A DNA stretch of 46,361 nt, from the NCBI GenBank assembly GCA_963755025.1, contig CAVWIH010000001.1, positions 1 to 46,361 of the forward strand, in the 5' to 3' direction. A program made the translations under genes and the position numbers. Positions within the stretch are counted from its first letter, which is position 1. Each line of letters starts with the position of its first letter. Positions 30,712 through 39,701 of the stretch are shown here, one piece after another. The stretch comes from an uncultured Actinomycetes bacterium. Its GTDB lineage: Bacteria; Actinomycetota; Thermoleophilia; UBA2241. The notes beneath the pieces are model-generated. The model did not search any database. It saw only the letters and a program-made list of their open reading frames with translations, and was not told the origin of the DNA.

Positions 30712-31617
30712 CTACTCGTGCTTCCAGGTCACCGAGAAGGTGGCGGCGTTGCGCGCCAGCGGCGAGGTGACCGCCTGCGGCGTGCTGTCGGAGCTCATGC
30801 TGAGCCGGTCCCAGTTGAAGGTGCCGATGGGGCGTCCGTTGACCCGGGCGTTGGTGAAGGTCAGGGTGCCGAAGTTCGGCAGCGGCGAGGGGCCCGACAC
30901 GGTGGCGGGCGCCTCGGCGACCACCTCGGCGGTCACGAGCTCGGCGCCGGGGCTGGGCTGCAGCGTGGAGTAAGCCGCGTGGGTCCTGTTGTTCCTGATG
31001 AACAGGGTGAAGTTGCCGTCGCCGTTGGTGGTGACGCTGGCCGTGACCGAGTCGCCCGGGCTCAGGGCCATGCGCACGTAGACCGGCGCCTTGGGCACGA
31101 CCTCGAACCAGACCTCGTAGGCGGGGCTGCCGCCGAGCTCGCCGCTCAGCGTGCCGATCTGTTCGAGGTTGCGCGTGCCGCGGCCGTCGATGCCGACCCA
31201 CACGGCGGCGACCTCGGTGGGCTGCGTGCCGGCCTTGACGGCGGGCACCACCCACGAGGCGCTCACGCTGGTGAAGCGCCCGTGCGAGGCCACGTAGCCG
31301 GCCCAGTTGCTCGAGGTCTCGAGCGCGCCCTGGGCGAGCCGCGGCGTGGCGGCGTTGCTGTGGGCGACGCCCAGGCCAAGGCTCACGAACACGCTGATCG
31401 CGGCGGGCGTGCACAGGGCGATGATGACGATGAGCGGCAGCGGTCCGACCGGGTGCAGGAGCGAGACAAAGCGTAGCCGCCTGAGGCTACGATAGGCTCG
31501 CGCAAGGCGGCCGGTGTGCGCCAGGCCGCCGGCGATCTGCTCGCCGGGCGAAACCAGCGCGCCGAGTTCGTGCAGCCCGCGGGAAGCCGAGTCAGGCTCG
31601 ACTGCTTGGTCGTGCAT
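30712..31617 (-). CDS. Membrane-anchored G1-family glutamic peptidase, copy 2
   Basis: SSNWAGY, WVVP, WVGIDG, EQIGT, TAEVVAEAP. Confidence 0.85.
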   Translation of the reverse strand: MHDQAVEPDSASRGLHELGALVSPGEQIAGGLAHTGRLARAYRSLRRLRFVSLLHPVGPLPLIVIIALCTPAAISVFVSLGLGVAHSNAATPRLAQGALETSSNWAGYVASHGRFTSVSASWVVPAVKAGTQPTEVAAVWVGIDGRGTRNLEQIGTLSGELGGSPAYEVWFEVVPKAPVYVRMALSPGDSVTASVTTNGDGNFTLFIRNNRTHAAYSTLQPSPGAELVTAEVVAEAPATVSGPSPLPNFGTLTFTNARVNGRPIGTFNWDRLSMSSDSTPQAVTSPLARNAATFSVTWKHE

Positions 31618-31767
31618 GTTCCCCCTTCAAGCGCACCGGCGTGACTCGCCTGCGCGCCCCTTCCTTCTACCCACGCGCGAACCATGGCACGTGTGTTGCG
31701 CGACGTCCAGTACGACGATCACAAGGCCGTTCTACGACCTTGGGGGCGGCTGGAGGAGCGCGGCGGC

Positions 31768-31950
31768 GCGGGGCCGCGGAGGGGTCAGTGGGTGGGCCGC
31801 GGGGCGGTCAGTGGATGGACCGCGGGGCGGTCAGTCGAACGGTCGCGGAGAGGTCGGGCGAAGAGCCGCGGAGTGGTCGGTCGAAGAGTCGCGGAGTGGT
31901 CGGTCGAAGAGTCGCGGAGTGGTCGGTCGAAGAGTCGCGGAGGGTCAGGC
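31768..31950. repeat. 23-bp tandem repeat, about 8 copies, degenerating leftwards
   Basis: GAAGAGTCGCGGAGTGGTCGGTC near-perfect at 31860, 31883, 31906, 31929; progressively diverged copies upstream. Confidence 0.88.
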
Positions 31951-31958
31951 GGGCGTGC

Positions 31959-32846
31959 TCAGCCGCGCGTATCCGGCTGCCGCAGGGCGGCGCGCACCAG
32001 GGCGGGCACCTCGTCGGGGCGGCGCGCGACCGGCACGCCGACCGCGCCCAGGGCCTCGGATTTGGCCGCCGCGGTACCGCGGCCGCCGCTCACGATGGCG
32101 CCGGCGTGACCCATGGTCTTGCCGGGCGGCGCGCTGAAGCCGGCGATGTAGGCCACTACGGGCGTGGTCATGTGCTGCGACACGTAGTCGGCGGCGCGTT
32201 CTTCGTCGTCGCCGCCGATCTCGCCGATCAGCACGACGGCCTGCGTGGCGGGGTCGGCCTCGAACAGCGCGAGGCAGTCGAGAAAGCCGACGCCGTGCAC
32301 CGGGTCGCCGCCCATGCCGACCACGGTCGACTGTCCCAGGCCTGCCTGGGTGAGCTCGTTGACGATCTGATAGGTCAGCGTGCCGCTGCGCGAGACGATG
32401 CCCACCGGCCCGGCGGTGAAGATGTCGGCCGGCATGATGCCCACGTTGGCCCCGCCCACCGAGACGAGGCCGGGGCAGTTGGGCCCGACGAGCTGCACGC
32501 CGCGGCGCTCGAACGCGGGGGTGACGGCCATCATGTCGTGCACGGGAATGCCCTCGGTGACGCAGACGACGACCCTCACGCCGGCCTCGGCGGCCTCGAG
32601 CAGCGCGGCGCGTGAGGCGCCCGCCGGCACGAACTGCACGGCCACGTCGGCGCCGGTAGCCCTTACCGCGGCGGCCGCGTCGCCGAACACCGGCACGCCG
32701 GCCATGGTCTCGCCCGCCTTGTTGGGCGAGGTGCCGGCCACCACGGCGGTACCCGCCGCCAGCATGCGCCTGGTATGGAACGAGCCCTCGCGGCCGGTGA
32801 TGCCCTGCACCAGCACGCGGCTCGACTTGTCGACCAGGATCGCCAT
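31959..32846 (-). CDS. sucD: Succinyl-CoA synthetase alpha subunit
   Basis: [33 protein letters not shown]. Confidence 0.96.
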   Translation of the reverse strand: MAILVDKSSRVLVQGITGREGSFHTRRMLAAGTAVVAGTSPNKAGETMAGVPVFGDAAAAVRATGADVAVQFVPAGASRAALLEAAEAGVRVVVCVTEGIPVHDMMAVTPAFERRGVQLVGPNCPGLVSVGGANVGIMPADIFTAGPVGIVSRSGTLTYQIVNELTQAGLGQSTVVGMGGDPVHGVGFLDCLALFEADPATQAVVLIGEIGGDDEERAADYVSQHMTTPVVAYIAGFSAPPGKTMGHAGAIVSGGRGTAAAKSEALGAVGVPVARRPDEVPALVRAALRQPDTRG

Positions 32847-32847
32847 C

Positions 32848-33999
32848 TCAGACCTTTCCGGCCGCGGCGGCGACCGCCGCCTGCACCGCTTGCCAGTCGC
32901 TGTCGGCGGTCTGCACGCCGGGCAGGGCCGCCTGGGCCACGATCTGCAGGCCTTCGACGGCGCCGTTGCCGTCGAGGCGCACCACCACGGGCAGGCCGCC
33001 GGCGCCGCGCGCGGTCAGCACGTTGACCAGGGCGTGGGCCACCTCGTCGCAGCGCGTGATGCCGCCGAAGATGGTGACCAGCAGGGCGCGCACGCGCGTG
33101 TCGGTGAGGATGAGGTCGAGCGCGGCGGCGATACGCGCTTCGCGCGCGCCGCCGCCCACGTCGAGAAAGTTGGCCGCGCCACCGCCGGCTTCGGCGATCA
33201 GGTCGAGCGTGCTCATGACCATGCCGGCGCCGTTGCCCAGCACGCCGACGTCGCCGTCGAGCGAGACGTAGTTGATGCCGGCCGCCGCGGCGCGCAGCTC
33301 GCGCTCGTCTGCGTCGGTCTGGTAGGCCGCCCATTCGGGGTGGCGGAAGGCGGCGTTGCCGTCGAGGGTGACCTTGGAGTCGAGCGCCAGCAGCGGCGCT
33401 CGCCCGCGGTGACGCACAGCGGGTTGATCTCGACCAGGGTGGCGTCGTTCTCGCAGAACAGCCGCCAGAGGTCGGCCAGCAGCTTGGCGAACTGCGCGGC
33501 CAGCGCGCCGTCGAAGCCCGCCAGCGCGGTGAGCTCGGCGAGCTGGGCGGCGGTCAGGCCGCTCACGGGGTCGAGATGCTGGCGCGCTAGCGCCTGCGGT
33601 TCGTCGCGGGCGACCGACTCTATGTCCATGCCGCCGCGCACCGAGAAGAGCAGCAGCGGCGCGCTTGGCGGCGCGGTCGACGGCGATGGCGAGGTAGAGC
33701 TCGCGGGCGATGTCGACGGCCTCTTCGAGCAGCACGCCCACGACGCGCTTGCCGCGGATCGTCATGGCGGCGATCTCGGCGGCATCGCGGGTGAGCTCGT
33801 CGGCCGTGCGCGCCACGCGCACGCCGCCGGCCTTGCCACGACCGCCGGTGAGGGCCTGCGCCTTGACCACCAGCGGCAACCCCAAATCGGCGGCCACCTC
33901 GAGCGGGTCGACGCCGCCGGGCAGGACCATGCCCGAGCGCCCCACGGGAATGCCGGCCGCGGCGAACAACTGCTTGCCCTGATACTCGAAGAGGTCCAT
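32848..33999 (-). CDS. sucC: Succinyl-CoA synthetase beta subunit (two compensating frameshifts near 33660 and 33400)
   Basis: [27 protein letters not shown] and EINPL in the shifted frame, [22 protein letters not shown]. Confidence 0.93.
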   Translation of the reverse strand: MDLFEYQGKQLFAAAGIPVGRSGMVLPGGVDPLEVAADLGLPLVVKAQALTGGRGKAGGVRVARTADELTRDAAEIAAMTIRGKRVVGVLLEEAVDIARELYLAIAVDRAAKRAAAALLGARRHGHRVGRPRRTAGASAPASRPRERPDRRPARRAHRAGGLRRRAGRAVRQAAGRPLAAVLRERRHPGRDQPAVRHRGRAPLLALDSKVTLDGNAAFRHPEWAAYQTDADERELRAAAAGINYVSLDGDVGVLGNGAGMVMSTLDLIAEAGGGAANFLDVGGGAREARIAAALDLILTDTRVRALLVTIFGGITRCDEVAHALVNVLTARGAGGLPVVVRLDGNGAVEGLQIVAQAALPGVQTADSDWQAVQAAVAAAAGKV

Positions 34000-34067
34000 G
34001 AGGAAGTACTCTAACGCCAATCGCGCCCGCAAGACGAACCGGGCGCGACGACGAGCACGGAGATGAC

Positions 34068-34983
34068 GTGGACGGCATGATCAGAGATGGGCTGAGCGAA
34101 GACGACGTCGCCGACGAGGGCCGCGAGGACGAGGACGAGAGCGGCGACGAGGGCCGCGAGGACGAGGACGAGGAGCGCGGCGAAGGCCGCGAGGACGAGG
34201 ACGAGGCCGAAGGCCGCGGCGAACGCCTGACGGCCGACCTGCGCGACGCGGCGGCGTGCCTGGCGCAGGCGCGCCGCGTGGTCGTCTACAGCGGCGCCGG
34301 GGTGTCGAAGGAGTCGGGCATCTCGACGTTTCGCGACCGCGACGAGGGCCTGTGGGCGAAGTACGACCCCATGGAGCTCGCCACCGCCGCCGCCTACGCG
34401 CGCGACCCGGCCTTTGTGTGGGGCTGGTACATGGACCGCTTCGGCCTGATCGAGCAGGCCGCGCCCAACCCCGGCCACCACGCTCTGGCCGAGCTCGAGC
34501 AGCTCGTGGCGCTCACAGTGGTCACGCAGAACATCGACGGCCTGCACCAGCGCGCCGGCTCGCGCGACGTGGTCGAGCTGCACGGCAGCGCTCTGCGCTT
34601 CAAGTGCGTCGAGCGGACGGCACGACGGCTTCAGTCTGGCCGAGGTCGCGGGCAGCGACGAGGCTCCGCCTCGCTGCCCCCGCTGCGACGCCCACATCGC
34701 CCCGACATCGTCTGGTTCGGCGAGGCGCTGCCGGGCGACGCCATCGAACGGGCCCTCGACCTGGCGGCGCGCTGCGACGTGCTGATCGCGGTGGGCACGT
34801 CGGGGGTCGTCTACCCCGCCGCCCTGGTGCCGGTCACGGCGCACGAGAACGGCGCCGCGCTGATCGACGTCAACCCCGAACCCGACGCCTTCGCCGCCAT
34901 GGCCGACTGGTTCCTGCAGGGCCCGGGCGGTGAGGTGCTGCCGCGCCTGGTGGCCGAGGTAGAAGAGGCTGCGGGCGGAGTAG
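34068..34983 (+). CDS. cobB: NAD-dependent protein deacylase, class III sirtuin (indels in the Zn-binding segment and near the 3' end)
   Basis: GAGVSKESGISTFR, WYMDR, TQNIDGLH, ELHG, RPDIVWFGE, GTSGVVYPAA; CPRC in shifted frame; probable stop TAG 34981. Confidence 0.88.
34113..34220. repeat. Acidic 33-36-bp repeats (DEGREDEDE) at the sirtuin N-terminus
   Basis: Three GGCCGCGAGGACGAGGACGAG units. Confidence 0.85.
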
Positions 34984-35030
34984 CTTCGCGCGGCGGCGGA
35001 GCGGCTGCGGGCTCGCCAACGTCGGCGGGA

Positions 35031-35150
35031 GCCGGCGCTCTCGTCAGGCCGGGTCGCGGCGCAACTCGTCGCCGGCGCTCTCGTCAGGCCGGGTCGCGGC
35101 GCAACTCGTGGCCGTCGCTTTCGTCAGGCCGGGTCGCGGCGCAACTCGTC
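35031..35150. repeat. 40-bp x3 tandem repeat made of the ydeI-like gene 3' end and stop codon
   Basis: Units at 35031, 35071, 35111. Confidence 0.92.
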
Positions 35151-35717
35151 ACCGGGGCGCATGCCGGCTTCGGCGCGGCGCACGACGAAGTCGATGCGCC
35201 GGGCCCGCGTGTCGGGGCGCTTGGCCTGCAGCACGTGGACGATGTAGGCGCGCCGGTGCGACGCCGGCCAGTCGTAGAACTGACGTTGCGCCTTGGGTAC
35301 CGCGGCCAGCGCCGCCTCGAGGTCGGGCGGCGTCGTGTCGGCGGGCAGCGAGGTGAGCTCGTCCCAGGCGCCGCTCTTCTTGGCGGCCGCTACCGCCGCC
35401 AGGCCGGCAGGGGCCATCAGTCCCTCGCGGGTAAGGCGCTCCACCCGCTCCTTGTTGCTCGCCGACCACTGGCTCGCGGCCTTGCGCGGCGTGAAGCGCA
35501 GGACGTGGCTGCGGTCGTCGACGCGCCGCAGCAGGCTGTCGACCCAGCCAAAGCAGAGCGCCTCTTCGACCGCTTCGTCGAGGGTGACGCAGGGTTCGCC
35601 GACGTGCTTCTTCAGGAAGACGAGCCAGATCTCGGAGCAGCTCGCGTGGTTGGCCGTAAGCCAGGCGCGCCAGGCGGCGCGGTCGGCGGCGAAGAACGTC
35701 TCGGTGATCTCGGTCAT
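35124..35717 (-). CDS. YdeI/OmpD-associated family protein
   Basis: WRAWL..NH, EALCFGWVD, RFTPRK..SQWS..NK, AKRPDTRARR. Confidence 0.9.
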   Translation of the reverse strand: MTEITETFFAADRAAWRAWLTANHASCSEIWLVFLKKHVGEPCVTLDEAVEEALCFGWVDSLLRRVDDRSHVLRFTPRKAASQWSASNKERVERLTREGLMAPAGLAAVAAAKKSGAWDELTSLPADTTPPDLEAALAAVPKAQRQFYDWPASHRRAYIVHVLQAKRPDTRARRIDFVVRRAEAGMRPGDELRRDPA

Positions 35718-35756
35718 GCAGTCATGCTCGCAGGCTCGGGCGCACGACCGACCGCC

Positions 35757-36293
35757 TTAGCGTTCCTCGAGAACGGCTCCCATGCCGGCCGCGAGGTAGT
35801 CGCGAGAGCGCCGCACGTAGCGGTCGCACAGCTCGTTGCGGGGACGCAGGTCGTCGTCGGTGACCTCGCGCACAGCCTTGGCCGGCGAGCCCACGATGAG
35901 GCTGCGCGGCGGGAAGACCTTGCCCTGGGTGAGCAGCGCGCCGGCGCCCACGATGCTCTCGTCGCCCACGACGCAGCCGTTCAGCAGGATGGCGCCCATG
36001 CCTATGAGGCAGCGCGCGCCCACGGTGGCGCCGTGCACGATGACGTTGTGGCCGACGACGCAGTCGGGACCGATCTCGACCGGATACCCGGGGTCGGAGT
36101 GGGCCACCGAGTTATCTTGAAAGCTGCTGCGCGCGCCCAGATGGATGCGCTCGACGTCGCCGCGCAGCACGGCGCCCGGCCACACGTTGGCGCCCTCGCC
36201 GAGCACGACGTCGCCGACGAGCACGGCGGTCGTGAAGACGAAGGCCTGAGGGCCCAGCTGCGGGGTCTGTCCGTTGAAGGCGTAGAGCGGCAC
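35757..36293 (-). CDS. Gamma carbonic anhydrase-family (YrdA-like) protein
   Basis: Hexapeptide repeats, LRGD, QDN..H, GH..HG, IGMGA, GSPAK; TATACT 7 nt before GTG. Confidence 0.9.
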   Translation of the reverse strand: MPLYAFNGQTPQLGPQAFVFTTAVLVGDVVLGEGANVWPGAVLRGDVERIHLGARSSFQDNSVAHSDPGYPVEIGPDCVVGHNVIVHGATVGARCLIGMGAILLNGCVVGDESIVGAGALLTQGKVFPPRSLIVGSPAKAVREVTDDDLRPRNELCDRYVRRSRDYLAAGMGAVLEER

Positions 36294-36384
36294 GGCGGGC
36301 AGTATATCGCACCACAATGGTGGGTAGGATGCCCTCGACCACGCGTGCGACGACGCCCGCGAACGCCCACCCGGGAGGGACCCC

Positions 36385-36771
36385 ATGAAGTTTGTGCACG
36401 CCGCCACGCGCACGACCGACCTCGACGCCGCGATCCGCTTTTACGAGCAGCTCGAGTTGCACGAGTCGCGCCGCAGCGAGCTCACCACCAACCGCGCGAC
36501 CCTCGTGTTCATGGAACCGCCGGCCGGCAACTTCGCCATCGAGCTCGTCTACAACTGGGACCACGACAAGCCCTACGACGGCGGCGAGCGTTTTGGCCAC
36601 TTCGCCTTCTGGGTGAGCGACCTGGACGACACGTACCGGCGCCTGGTGGCGGCCGGCGCCCAAGAGGTGGGCCGCCCGCCGGCGGCGCTCGAGGGCAAGG
36701 GCCCGCGCATCGCCTTCGTGGCCGACCCCGACGGCGTCTGGGTCGAGCTGATCGAGCACAAGGACGCCTGA
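36385..36771 (+). CDS. VOC/glyoxalase I-like protein
   Basis: H..R..DL, IEL.YNW, GHFAF, FV.DPDG..VELI. Confidence 0.9.
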   Translation: MKFVHAATRTTDLDAAIRFYEQLELHESRRSELTTNRATLVFMEPPAGNFAIELVYNWDHDKPYDGGERFGHFAFWVSDLDDTYRRLVAAGAQEVGRPPAALEGKGPRIAFVADPDGVWVELIEHKDA

Positions 36772-36822
36772 AGCGGGGCATCCTCACGGGTGACGGCAAG
36801 CGCACGTGAGGAGGTCGACGGA

Positions 36823-37290
36823 GTGAGCACAGACACTGGCAAAGGCGCCAGCGCGGGCGCAGGGCGGCCTGGCGCGGACGGGGCAGCGGGCGACCCCGCG
36901 GCGTCGTACACCGTCGTTAACCTGAAGCAGGTCGAAGACCAGGCGCCCAAGTTCGGCCTGTCGCCCGGCCTCGAGTCGCGCTTCGCGCGGACGCATCTCG
37001 GCCTCGCTGTCTCGGGCCTCTCGTACTTTCGCCTGGCGCCCGGTTTTCGCGAGCCGTTCGGCCACCGCCATCACGATCAGGAAGAGGTCTACCTGGTCGT
37101 GTCGGGCAGCGTGCGGGCCAAGGTCGGCGACCAGATCGTCGAGCTCGGAGCCTGGGGCGCGCTGCGCGTGGCGCCCCCGGTCGTGCGCGACCTGGAGGGC
37201 GGGCCCGAAGGCGCCGAAGTGGTCGCCTTCGGCGCACCGAGCCACGACAACCGCGACGCCGAACCCATCCAGAACTGGTGGACCGACTGA
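36823..37290 (+). CDS. Cupin-domain protein
   Basis: GHRHHDQEEVYLVVSG, RVAP; GAGGAGG RBS. Confidence 0.82.
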   Translation: MSTDTGKGASAGAGRPGADGAAGDPAASYTVVNLKQVEDQAPKFGLSPGLESRFARTHLGLAVSGLSYFRLAPGFREPFGHRHHDQEEVYLVVSGSVRAKVGDQIVELGAWGALRVAPPVVRDLEGGPEGAEVVAFGAPSHDNRDAEPIQNWWTD

Positions 37291-37523
37291 GCGGCCGAGC
37301 TGGCCGCGGTCAGGGCGACAGCGGGCCGCGGTTAGGCCGGCGAGCGGGCCGCCGGTGGCGGGGGGAGCGAGCCGCCGGCAGGCCGCAGCCGAGCCATCGT
37401 CAACAGGATTGCCCGGCGTCGCGACCGGCAACGGTTCATCCATGCGAACGCGCAAAACGGGTGAGCGGCCCGTGCGCTTCGCGCGCCGCCCCCCGCCGCT
37501 CGCCCCAGACGAAGGGAGACGCG

Positions 37524-37862
37524 ATGTATGCACGGATCGCGCGCTTCGAAGGCGGCACGCCCGAGGTCGTCGAACGCCAGGTCGAACTGCTGCGCCGCGA
37601 CGTGGCCGCCGCCCGAGATGGCACCTCGACCAACCCTTCGACGATTGCCCTGAGCGGCGTGGTCGAGCGCGTGCTGATGCTCGTCGATCGCGAAAACGCG
37701 GCCGCCACCACCATCGTCTTCTGCGATACACGCAAGGACCTGCTCGAAGCCGACCGCATTCTCCGGGAGATGCCGGCGCCGGGCCAGTCCGGACGCACGT
37801 CGGTCGACATGTACGAGGTAGCGGTCGACGAGTCGCCGCGCGCGCAACGCAGGGCGGCCTGA
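37524..37862 (+). CDS. Hypothetical protein, probable dimeric alpha/beta-barrel
   Basis: MYARIARFEG...LVDR...YEV pattern; GGGAG RBS. Confidence 0.65.
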   Translation: MYARIARFEGGTPEVVERQVELLRRDVAAARDGTSTNPSTIALSGVVERVLMLVDRENAAATTIVFCDTRKDLLEADRILREMPAPGQSGRTSVDMYEVAVDESPRAQRRAA

Positions 37863-37998
37863 GTCTGGCTAGTGGGCCGCGGCGCGGGCGTTGGCGGCGC
37901 CGCGGCTGCGGCGGAGGCCCGGCGCGGGTGCCGCCCCGGCGGCGGGAGTGCCGCGACGGCTGGCCGGATCGGCGGGTAGCCGCCGGCATCGGCGGCGC

Positions 37999-38351
37999 TT
38001 ACGGCAGTGCGACGACCTCGTCGCGCCAGAGCACCCAGGGAGCGCTGCCGTCGCGCGCGAACACAGCGTAGCGCCACGAGCTGCCGGCGCCCACGTCGCG
38101 GTCGCGAAACGAACCGGTGTCGCCGTCGTAGATGACCTGCCACTGGTCGGCCGAGCTCTGGCTCGGGCGTGGGCGCGCGCGGCGCCCGGCGCCGGCGCGG
38201 CGCCCGCCGCCGCGGCGCGTACGATGCGCACGCGCAGCAGCGTGGATCCGGGGTAATCCCAGCCGAAGACCACGCTCCCGTCGGCGACTGCGGCCAGGCG
38301 CAGCCTGAAGACATTGACATTGGTCTCGACGCGCTTGGAACGGTCGCTCAC
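37999..38351 (-). CDS. Small Fn3-like beta-sandwich protein (frameshift near 38165)
   Basis: V.FGWDY...RVRIVR then YDGDTGSFRD...WRYAVFARD...W; GGAGAG RBS before GTG. Confidence 0.55.
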
Positions 38352-38391
38352 GGGCAGCTCTCCGACATGGTTTCGGGCGGGTTCGTCGGTG

Positions 38392-38400
38392 TGGTATCCT
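38392..38400 (+). promoter_or_regulatory. Extended -10 (TGGTATCCT) of the tRNA pair
   Basis: 14 nt upstream of the tRNA-like sequence. Confidence 0.6.
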
Positions 38401-38414
38401 ACCTCCCCGCATCC

Positions 38415-38487
38415 TGCGGGATGGCGCAGTGACCGGACAGGGAGCTCCGGGCCTTGGTCTGAGGCTCGAATCCCCGTCCCGCAGCCA
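38415..38487 (+). pseudogene. Degenerate tRNA-Gln-like sequence
   Basis: Perfect TGCGGGA/TCCCGCA acceptor stem, G discriminator, CCA; T-loop CTCGAAT, D arm and anticodon arm disrupted. Confidence 0.7.
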
Positions 38488-38503
38488 TGCTTTTCCCCAT
38501 TGG

Positions 38504-38579
38504 GGCGCATTCGTCTAGGGGCCTAGGACGCCGCCCTCTCACGGCGGTAACACCGGTTCGAATCCGGTATGCGCTACCA
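38504..38579 (+). tRNA. tRNA-Glu(CTC)
   Basis: GGCGCATTCGTCTAGGGGCCTAGGACGCCGCCCTCTCACGGCGGTAACACCGGTTCGAATCCGGTATGCGCTACCA. Confidence 0.97.
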
Positions 38580-38629
38580 CCCTCTTTGGGCGTAGATGCA
38601 GGGGTTTTGTGTATTCTCACGACCGCCTC

Positions 38630-38723
38630 GAAGCGCCTTCCGGCAAGCCCGCTTGCAACCCTCCTGCAACCGAACGCAGCGCTAGAAGATGGCACTCGGC
38701 GGTGCCGGATGGCACTCAGCGGC
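38630..38723 (+). repeat. Dispersed repeat copy 1 (att-arm-like)
   Basis: 31 nt AGCCCGCTTGCAACCCTCCTGCAACCGAACG (38646-38676) identical to 40411-40441, similarity extends about 95 nt. Confidence 0.88.
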
Positions 38724-38788
38724 AGTATCCCGGTTTCGCATAGACTTCCGTCACTGCGTGCCGTCGTGCTCCCACTTGAGGAGGCCGC

Positions 38789-39020
38789 GTGTCAGCCAGA
38801 CACGAGTCGCATTCCCCGCCACCGCTTGAGCTGGCCACCGTCCTCGTCTCGATCGAATTCCGGGACTTGTCGCGGTCACCAAGTCCATCCTCCAAAGTGC
38901 CGGCATCCCCTTCGTTGCCGATGGGGAGTCGCCTGGGCATCTGTACTACCGCGGACGGATACGCGTCAGTCGCGAGGACGCTACGGATGCTGAGGCGCTT
39001 CTGAAAGACTGGAGAGGTAG
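38789..39020 (+). CDS. DUF2007-like small protein 1 (frameshifted)
   Basis: ELATVLVS...LVAVTKSILQSAGIPFVADGE...RIRVSREDATDAEALLKD across two frames; GAGGAGG RBS. Confidence 0.6.
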
Positions 39021-39026
39021 AAAGCC

Positions 39027-39256
39027 GTGGGCGAGGGAGGTCGATCTCATCGTCGTGCGTGACCACAAGCTCGCCGAGCGAGATAGTGAAGGCCCTCAAA
39101 CACGCCGGCATCCACCATATTGGGTTTTGGCCCGAGGGCATGTTGTTCTCAAACCCTTGGGGGCCGCGGCATGGCCCGTTCCATGTCCGCGTACGCGAAG
39201 AGGACCTCGCCCAGGCGCGGCTGGTGCTGCCCAGCAGCGGGCTGACCGAGAGCTAA
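39027..39256 (+). CDS. DUF2007-like small protein 2 (frameshifted)
   Basis: VDLIVVRDHKLAE / EIVKALKHAGIHHIGFWPE...GPFHVRVREEDLAQARLVL. Confidence 0.6.
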
Positions 39257-39407
39257 GGCACCACCGAGGTTTCCTTCGCGTTCTTGCGCTAACTGCGGCC
39301 TAAGATAGCCGCCACCATCTCAGAGCGCGACGGAGATACCTTCCGTGGCCTCGGAGAGGCATCGGTCGTAGGCTTGTCCTGGTGATTACCTTCGAGCGGA
39401 GGGGACC

Positions 39408-39690
39408 GTGAGCGAGGGAGTCAACCTCATCGTCGTGCACGACCACAACCTCGCCGATCAAATCGTCGCGGCGCTCAAGCGGGCCGGCATCCAACACGTT
39501 TGAGTTCTGGCCGGAGCACATGTTGGGCGAGCGCCTCGACGTTCGGGCCATTGTGTTCGGCAGGTTCATTCACGAGTATCCGAAGCGAAAGAATCTCGGC
39601 CCCTTCCACATCCGCGTGCCCGGAGAGTGGTACCACGACGCGCATGTCGCCCTGATGAAGAGCGGACTTGCCGCATCCGACCAACGCTAA
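39408..39690 (+). CDS. DUF2007-like small protein 3 (one frameshift)
   Basis: VSEGVNLIVVHDHNLADQIVAALKRAGIQHV / EFWPEHML...GPFHIRVPGEWYHDAHVALMKSGL; GGAGGGG RBS. Confidence 0.62.
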
Positions 39691-39701
39691 GGAGCGTTAC
39701 C

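Noticed and set aside
31768-31950. CRISPR array (also considered for 17891-18010 and 35031-35150)
   Set aside because: Units are contiguous with no unique spacers, and no cas genes are present
26332-33999. Programmed ribosomal frameshifting in pcm or sucC
   Set aside because: No slippery heptamers at the shift points; compensating indel pairs fit sequencing error better
34068-36809. 913-aa sirtuin fusion protein
   Set aside because: Beyond about 34983 it is antisense or off-frame to ydeI-like, gamma-CA and VOC genes; produced by a missed stop
38789-39690. Diversity-generating retroelement acting on the DUF2007-like paralogues
   Set aside because: No reverse transcriptase, and differences are not adenine-specific
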